DNA of 64,000 nucleotides from an uncultured Alphaproteobacteria bacterium (GTDB lineage Bacteria; Pseudomonadota; Alphaproteobacteria; UBA7879; VGCX01): NCBI GenBank assembly GCA_913061155.1, contig CAJXSI010000003.1, positions 1,576 to 65,575 of the forward strand, read 5' to 3'. Shown piece by piece: positions 58,655 to 64,000 of this stretch (position 1 is its first letter; each line of letters starts with the position of its first letter). The notes under the pieces were generated by a model. It saw only the letters and a program-made list of their open reading frames with translations, ran no database searches and was not told where the DNA came from. The position numbers and the translations under genes were made by a program.

Positions 58655-58957
58655 TTACATCAAAAGCCGCATAAAAATACGTTCCACCATGCTTTCAACA
58701 AAATAAACCAAAAGGAATAAAGCCAAGAAAGATAAATCCAATCCACCAGCCACAGGAATAAAGGAACGCAAGGGCCGCAGCATCGGATCTATCAAACGAT
58801 GTAGAAAGTCATTTACCATATAAATAAACTGATTATTCATATTTAAAATGTTAAAGGCAAACAACCAACTTAGGGCTGCATAAATAATTAAGCCCCACTT
58901 AAACGTGTAAATAAGTAGCATTAAAACTTTAAATAGGGGAATTAAGATAATATCCAT
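58655..58957 (-). CDS. YggT-family membrane protein
   Basis: 100 aa with two TM helices and the YggT-like LSW motif. Confidence 0.5.
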   Translation of the reverse strand: MDIILIPLFKVLMLLIYTFKWGLIIYAALSWLFAFNILNMNNQFIYMVNDFLHRLIDPMLRPLRSFIPVAGGLDLSFLALFLLVYFVESMVERIFMRLLM

Positions 58958-58968
58958 TTTGATCCTTA

Positions 58969-59784
58969 TTAATCAGCAAGGGCAATGTCAGGCGCATCAG
59001 TTGCCTTCATGCCAACCGTATGATAACCACTATCCACATGGTGAACTTCGCCTGTAACACCAGATGATAAACCACTTAATAGATACAGCCCAGCGCCGGC
59101 AACATCTTCTTGGGTTGTATTACGTTTCAAAGGGGAATTGTATTGATTCCATTTTAAAATATATCTGAAATCACCAATACCTGATGCGGCCAATGTTTTA
59201 ACGGGTCCCGCAGAAAGGGCGTTCACCCGAATGTTTTCACCCCCAAGATCAACAGCCATATAACGAACGCTGGCTTCTAAGGCAGCTTTTGCCACACCCA
59301 TCACGTTGTAATGCGGCATAACTTTTTCTGCTCCATAATACGTAAGGGTTAAACAGCTACCGCCATCCGTCATTAATTTGGCTGCCCGTTGGCAAACTGC
59401 TGTGAAAGAATAGCAAGAAATATCCAAGCTTAATTTAAAGTTATCACGGGATGTATCACAATAACGTCCCCGCAATTCATCTTTGTTGGAATACCCAATG
59501 GCATGAACAATAAAGTCCAATTTTCCCCATTTCTTTTCCAAGGTTTCAAAAACTGTATCCAACTGTTCATCATTTGTTACATCACAAGGTAGAACAAGAT
59601 CTGATCCCAAACTTGCGGCCAATGGACGCACCCTTTTTTCCAGCATTTCACCTTGGTAGGTAAAAGCAATTTCTGCCCCATGTTCGTGGGCCATTTTTGC
59701 AATTCCCCATGCTAGGGATTTGTCATTTGCAACACCCATGATAAGGCCTTTTTTGCCAGCCATTAATTTATGATTTTGTGTCAT
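58969..59784 (-). CDS. fabI: enoyl-[acyl-carrier-protein] reductase (NADH)
   Basis: Motif GKKGLIMGVAN and the catalytic Y-x6-K region. Confidence 0.9.
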   Translation of the reverse strand: MTQNHKLMAGKKGLIMGVANDKSLAWGIAKMAHEHGAEIAFTYQGEMLEKRVRPLAASLGSDLVLPCDVTNDEQLDTVFETLEKKWGKLDFIVHAIGYSNKDELRGRYCDTSRDNFKLSLDISCYSFTAVCQRAAKLMTDGGSCLTLTYYGAEKVMPHYNVMGVAKAALEASVRYMAVDLGGENIRVNALSAGPVKTLAASGIGDFRYILKWNQYNSPLKRNTTQEDVAGAGLYLLSGLSSGVTGEVHHVDSGYHTVGMKATDAPDIALAD

Positions 59785-59927
59785 TTTATCCTTTAAATCC
59801 TTACTTAAAACTACATAGTAATCTAAATATAATTAGGCTACTATAACTTAGTGTTCAAAATATTGCTAATTTTATTGACCTTTCTACGACAAATAGGTAT
59901 TTTTCATAGGGTAAATATAGGAATATC

Positions 59928-60809
59928 ATGGTTCAAAAACTAGGTGGATTTCAAGAAATAATTTTAAAACTCCAAGAATTTTGGGGTAAATATGGTTGTG
60001 CCATTGTCCAACCATACGATACAGAGGTTGGTGCGGGAACGTTGCATCCTGCAACAACCTTGCGTGCCTTAGGTCCAAAATCATGGAAAGCTGCCTATGT
60101 TCAGCCGTCCCGGCGCCCTGGTGATGGTCGTTATGGGGAAAACCCCAACCGACTGGGGCATTATTATCAATTTCAGGTGATCATTAAACCTTCCCCCCCC
60201 AATTCCCAAGAACTGTATTTGGACAGTCTACGTCACATTGGCATTGATACCAATTCAAACGATATCCGCTTTGTGGAAGATGACTGGGAAAACCCAACCA
60301 TTGGGGCAGCAGGGCTTGGATGGGAAATATGGTGCAATGGGGCTGAAGTCAGCCAATACACATATTTTCAACAAGTTGGGGGCATCCCCTGCAAGCCTGT
60401 GTCTTTGGAATTAACCTATGGGTTGGAACGCCTTGCCATGGTTATTCAAGGGGTTGAAAATGTTTATGACCTGAACTGGAATGGATTGGAAGGCGATGAA
60501 AAAATCACTTATGGCGATGTGTTTAAGAAAAATGAACAACAATTCTCTGCTTATCATTTTGAACATGCGTCAACAGAAAATTTGTTTCTGCAATTCAAAC
60601 ATGCTGAGGAAGAATGCCAAAAGTTGATCAAAGTTAACCTTCCTTTGCCGGCCTATGATCAATGTATAAAGGCCAGCCACTTTTTTAATATTCTGGAAGC
60701 ACGTGGCGTAATCAGTGTAACAGAACGGGCTTCGTATATCAGCCGCGTCCGCGCCCTTGCAAAGGCAACTTGTGTAAAATGGCTGGATCAAGAACTTGAG
60801 GATAATTAA
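59928..60809 (+). CDS. glyQ: glycine--tRNA ligase alpha subunit
   Basis: Highly conserved GlyQ sequence ([12 protein letters not shown]...). Confidence 0.9.
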   Translation: MVQKLGGFQEIILKLQEFWGKYGCAIVQPYDTEVGAGTLHPATTLRALGPKSWKAAYVQPSRRPGDGRYGENPNRLGHYYQFQVIIKPSPPNSQELYLDSLRHIGIDTNSNDIRFVEDDWENPTIGAAGLGWEIWCNGAEVSQYTYFQQVGGIPCKPVSLELTYGLERLAMVIQGVENVYDLNWNGLEGDEKITYGDVFKKNEQQFSAYHFEHASTENLFLQFKHAEEECQKLIKVNLPLPAYDQCIKASHFFNILEARGVISVTERASYISRVRALAKATCVKWLDQELEDN

Positions 60810-62863
60810 TGCGTGAATTTTTATTAGAAATTTTATGTGAAGAAATTCCTGCCAGAATGCAATTAAAGGCCCAAGATACCCTTGCAAAAATTTCTGGGGA
60901 TTTTTTGAAACAACACCAACTTGATTATGATGAAATCATAACGCATATCACACCAAGGCGTTTGGTTTTGTTTATCCCTGGGTTACCAACTGATCAACCA
61001 ACCATCATTGATGAACGCAAAGGCCCAAAAATTGATGCCCCAAAACAGGCCATTGATGGGTTTTTGAAATCCACCAACTTGACCTTGGACGACTGTGAAA
61101 AAAGAAATGTTGGCAACGCAACCTTTCTGTTTGCAAAAATTGAAAAGTTAGGCCGCTCAACAGCTGATATTCTTGTGGAGTTAATTACCCATATTATTAA
61201 ATCATTTGAATGGCCTAAATCCATGAACTGGGGATCTTATGATATGCGCTGGGTTCGACCCATCAATCATGTGTTGGCCTTGTTTAATAATAAATCTTTA
61301 GATATCAGTTTTGAAGATAAAAATATTGAATGCAACAATACGACCCGTGGGCATAGGTTTATGTCAAGCAGCAAATTTACCGTGATCAATTTTACGGATT
61401 ATCAACTAAAGCTTCGTGATAATTTTGTTATCATTGGTCATCAAGAACGACAGAATATTATTCTGCAAAAAGCCAATGAAATTTGCGCCGAAAATAATTT
61501 GGTTTTGAAAGAAGATCTTGGGCTTCTTAAAGAAGTCGCAGGCCTTGTTGAATGGCCAATTGTTTTGATGGGTAAAATTGATGAACAATTCATGAACTTA
61601 CCCCCCGAAGTTTTAATGACATCCATGCGTTCCCATCAGAAATATTTTTCTGTTTTAAACAAAGACGGCAGCATGGCACCGTACTTTATTTTGGTTTCCC
61701 ATATCGACAGCCCTGACAGAGGCAAACAAATCATTGAAGGCAACGAACGTGTCTTGCGGGCGCGTCTTTCCGATGCCCAATTCTTTTGGGAAACAGACCG
61801 CAGAAAAGGGCTGGATGAATGGAACAAAAATTTGGCTTCTTATATTTTTCATGAAAAATTGGGCAGCACCCTTGATAAAGTTCATCGCATTGAAAAACTT
61901 GTGAACATTATTGACCCCAATTCAAAAGCAGGCTGCGCGGCCCAATTATGCAAGGCAGATTTGGTGACTGAAATGGTTGGCGAATTCCCTGAACTTCAAG
62001 GTGTTATGGGATATTACTATGCCAAAGAAATGGGCGAAGATGAAGATACCGCCCTGGCCATTAAAGAACATTATGCGCCGGCTGGATTACAAGATGAAAC
62101 ACCGTCAAAGACAACCAGTATCACCCTGGCCCTGGCCGACAAAATCGATACATTAGTTAGTTTCTGGTCTGTTGATATTAAACCAACTGGATCAAAAGAT
62201 CCTTATGCTTTAAGGCGCAGTGCGCAAGGCATCATCCGCTTGGTCTTTGATAATAAACTGCGCTTAAATTTACTGGATATTTTTGAAAAAGCTTACGATT
62301 TGATTCCACCTTCAAGTCACAAAAAAGATAAAAAAGAAGCCATCCAAGAACTTCGGAATTTTATGGTGGAGCGCCTTAAAAATTTCTTTAAAGATTCCTT
62401 TGATATCAGGCATATCCAGGCTGTTTTGTCAGACAATTGGAACGGATCAATTGTCCAGTCTGAAACTATTTTAAAAGAATTTTCAGACCTTATGCAGACA
62501 GAAACAGGTCAAAACTTAATGATTGGTTATCGCCGCGCTGCCAATATTGTGACCCAATCACAGAAAAAAGGCGAAAACTGTCAGGGGAAAATTGATGAAT
62601 CTTTATTAACCCAAGACGAAGAAAAAGTTTTGTTTCATGCCTTAACAGCCGCCCATCATGAAATCCGCGGCTTGTTGAAAAAAGAATCACCTGATTATTC
62701 AGAAATTATGAAGGTTCTTGCCAATTTACGAGGCCCCATTGATAAGTTTTTTGATTCAGTTTTAGTTCAAGATAAAGACCAAAAGATTCAACAAAATCGT
62801 TTAAACTTGTTATCTTTGATTAAAGATCAACTTCATATGGTTGCTGACTTTTCAAAAATATAA
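60809..62863 (+). CDS. glyS: glycine--tRNA ligase beta subunit
   Basis: Overlaps glyQ (ATGA coupling). GlyS domains are present. Confidence 0.9.
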   Translation: MREFLLEILCEEIPARMQLKAQDTLAKISGDFLKQHQLDYDEIITHITPRRLVLFIPGLPTDQPTIIDERKGPKIDAPKQAIDGFLKSTNLTLDDCEKRNVGNATFLFAKIEKLGRSTADILVELITHIIKSFEWPKSMNWGSYDMRWVRPINHVLALFNNKSLDISFEDKNIECNNTTRGHRFMSSSKFTVINFTDYQLKLRDNFVIIGHQERQNIILQKANEICAENNLVLKEDLGLLKEVAGLVEWPIVLMGKIDEQFMNLPPEVLMTSMRSHQKYFSVLNKDGSMAPYFILVSHIDSPDRGKQIIEGNERVLRARLSDAQFFWETDRRKGLDEWNKNLASYIFHEKLGSTLDKVHRIEKLVNIIDPNSKAGCAAQLCKADLVTEMVGEFPELQGVMGYYYAKEMGEDEDTALAIKEHYAPAGLQDETPSKTTSITLALADKIDTLVSFWSVDIKPTGSKDPYALRRSAQGIIRLVFDNKLRLNLLDIFEKAYDLIPPSSHKKDKKEAIQELRNFMVERLKNFFKDSFDIRHIQAVLSDNWNGSIVQSETILKEFSDLMQTETGQNLMIGYRRAANIVTQSQKKGENCQGKIDESLLTQDEEKVLFHALTAAHHEIRGLLKKESPDYSEIMKVLANLRGPIDKFFDSVLVQDKDQKIQQNRLNLLSLIKDQLHMVADFSKI

Positions 62864-62869
62864 AGCCTT

Positions 62870-62900
62870 AACAAGAGGGGGGAATTCACCCTTTCTTGTT
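62870..62900 (+). terminator. imperfect GC-cored hairpin downstream of glyS (aacaagaGGG...CCCtttcttgtt)
   Basis: Inverted repeat immediately after the glyS stop codon. Confidence 0.35.
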
Positions 62901-63150
62901 AATTCATTCTTTTTATTCCCGCCACCCTACTGCCAAAACAAGCCCACCTGTCCTTATAAAAGTCACTGCCTTAAATTATTTAGGAACAGAATAGAAACAT
63001 TCGGGGAAATAAATATTTTATCTATTTGAATAATTGTCATTTATTTATCATAATGACTGGGCTAGCAAAGCATCATAAAAAATATAACAGGCGGCTGACA
63101 TTCTTTACTTACGACGGTGAATGCTGCCATTTTATACATGGAGGTATAAT

Positions 63151-64000
63151 ATGAAATCCCTAAATTTACGTAAATTATCCTTGCTAAGTTTACTTGCAGG
63201 AAGTCTTGTGTCTTACGATGCAAACGCTGCAGCAGAAGCAACAGAGGAACAGGCCACACAAAGTAAATCGACTGTCCCCACAACAGCAAGTGCCGCTGAC
63301 TTACCCAGAATCACAAGACCTGTCGTTGCTGAACCAACAGCTGATGAGGTTGCAGCCGCAATACACCCTGTCCATAGAACTTTCATTCAAAATTGTTTTC
63401 CTTGCTGTTCTGCAGAAGTCCAAGAAAGATTTGGCGATTGGGTTGGTATTGCTGCCAGAGGTTTTTCGTTTGCTGCAGAACATGGTGATGATATTTTAGA
63501 TGCTGCTGAATCTATTTTTGGAAAGTCAGAAGAATTAGATGCTTTAAAAAGGGCGCAAGCTAGGGCTGCAGGTATTAATAATGAATTAAGCCTTGTTCTA
63601 AATCCAAAAACCGGGGAATTTTTAGAATGGGATGATGCCTTTAAACGTTCAACAACACGGTTTTCCAGCCTTGCTAAAGCTGAATATCTGAAAGTAAAAA
63701 ATGATTTACATCCTGCTGCACGCTTAGTCATTAGCTATTTTCTTGATAATGCTTTTGATTTAGTCTTAGGCGCAGGTACTTTATCAAAAGACCCTGCATC
63801 TTTATATAAGCGTTTAGAAGAAGCCAGAAAACAGTTTATTGATATGCTCAAAGAAGATGGTAAATCTGGCTTTACTTTATCTGCTATCGGCGATACCAAA
63901 ACAGCACGGTTAAAAATGGTTGATGAAGATGGTGACGGCAAACTTGAACTTGGGGTTGCCATTGCAGCTAGGGAAGGAACTGTTTCTTTTGTAGACCTGG
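63151..64000 (+). CDS. hypothetical secreted protein (5' partial; runs off the window end)
   Basis: RBS GGAGG 7 nt upstream, signal peptide MKSLNLRKLSLLSLLAGSLVSYDANA, and an open frame with no stop to position 64000. The antisense ORFs at 63387-63962 are rejected. Confidence 0.5.
   Translation, partial: MKSLNLRKLSLLSLLAGSLVSYDANAAAEATEEQATQSKSTVPTTASAADLPRITRPVVAEPTADEVAAAIHPVHRTFIQNCFPCCSAEVQERFGDWVGIAARGFSFAAEHGDDILDAAESIFGKSEELDALKRAQARAAGINNELSLVLNPKTGEFLEWDDAFKRSTTRFSSLAKAEYLKVKNDLHPAARLVISYFLDNAFDLVLGAGTLSKDPASLYKRLEEARKQFIDMLKEDGKSGFTLSAIGDTKTARLKMVDEDGDGKLELGVAIAAREGTVSFVDL

Noticed and set aside
63387-63962. Two minus-strand ORFs (114 and 75 aa)
   Set aside because: They are antisense to a plus-strand ORF that has a strong RBS and signal peptide and runs off the window. 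The Ser/Ala-rich antisense translation is spurious.

Overview
This is an AT-rich bacterial chromosomal segment whose gene order looks alphaproteobacterial (Rickettsiales/Holosporales-like). The supporting synteny is ftsK-lolA, psd-pssA, hemC-hemD-hemX-hemY, yqeY-dnaG-rpoD, hslVU, gpsA-tlyC, and gpmI-envC-ctpA. About 60 protein genes can be supported. Most are housekeeping: FtsK, LolA, L36, LOG, Psd, PssA, MscS, XthA, ErpA, RecG, SdhE, TsaD, HemC/D, RlmD, TypA, DnaG, RpoD, HslUV, GpsA, TlyC, ComF, two glutaredoxins, GT9 heptosyltransferase, YgfZ, CtpA, EnvC, GpmI, FolD, FabI, GlyQ/GlyS. There is one tRNA with a CAU anticodon. Several accessory-looking insertions sit inside this conserved backbone. 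(1) A tight two-gene cassette lies between typA and yqeY-dnaG-rpoD. It encodes a signal-peptide FRG-domain protein followed by a protein with clear signatures of a tRNA-dependent cyclodipeptide synthase (CDPS), and I consider it the most likely undescribed system in the window. (2) An 898-bp single-gene insertion encodes a secreted GNAT acetyltransferase. It is bracketed by perfect 33-bp direct repeats that duplicate the 3' end of the mscS-like gene. (3) A secreted ribonuclease-inhibitor-type leucine-rich-repeat protein. (4) Two blocks of GC-rich palindromic repeat elements (MITE/RPE-like) flank a small islet carrying a LysR regulator and a divergently transcribed small acidic ORF. I also note a GC-rich structured intergenic element, a periplasmic-binding-protein/UPF0126 fusion, a membrane-anchored glutaredoxin paralog, and small simple-sequence tracts. 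All calls rest on motif recognition by eye; no database searches were run.
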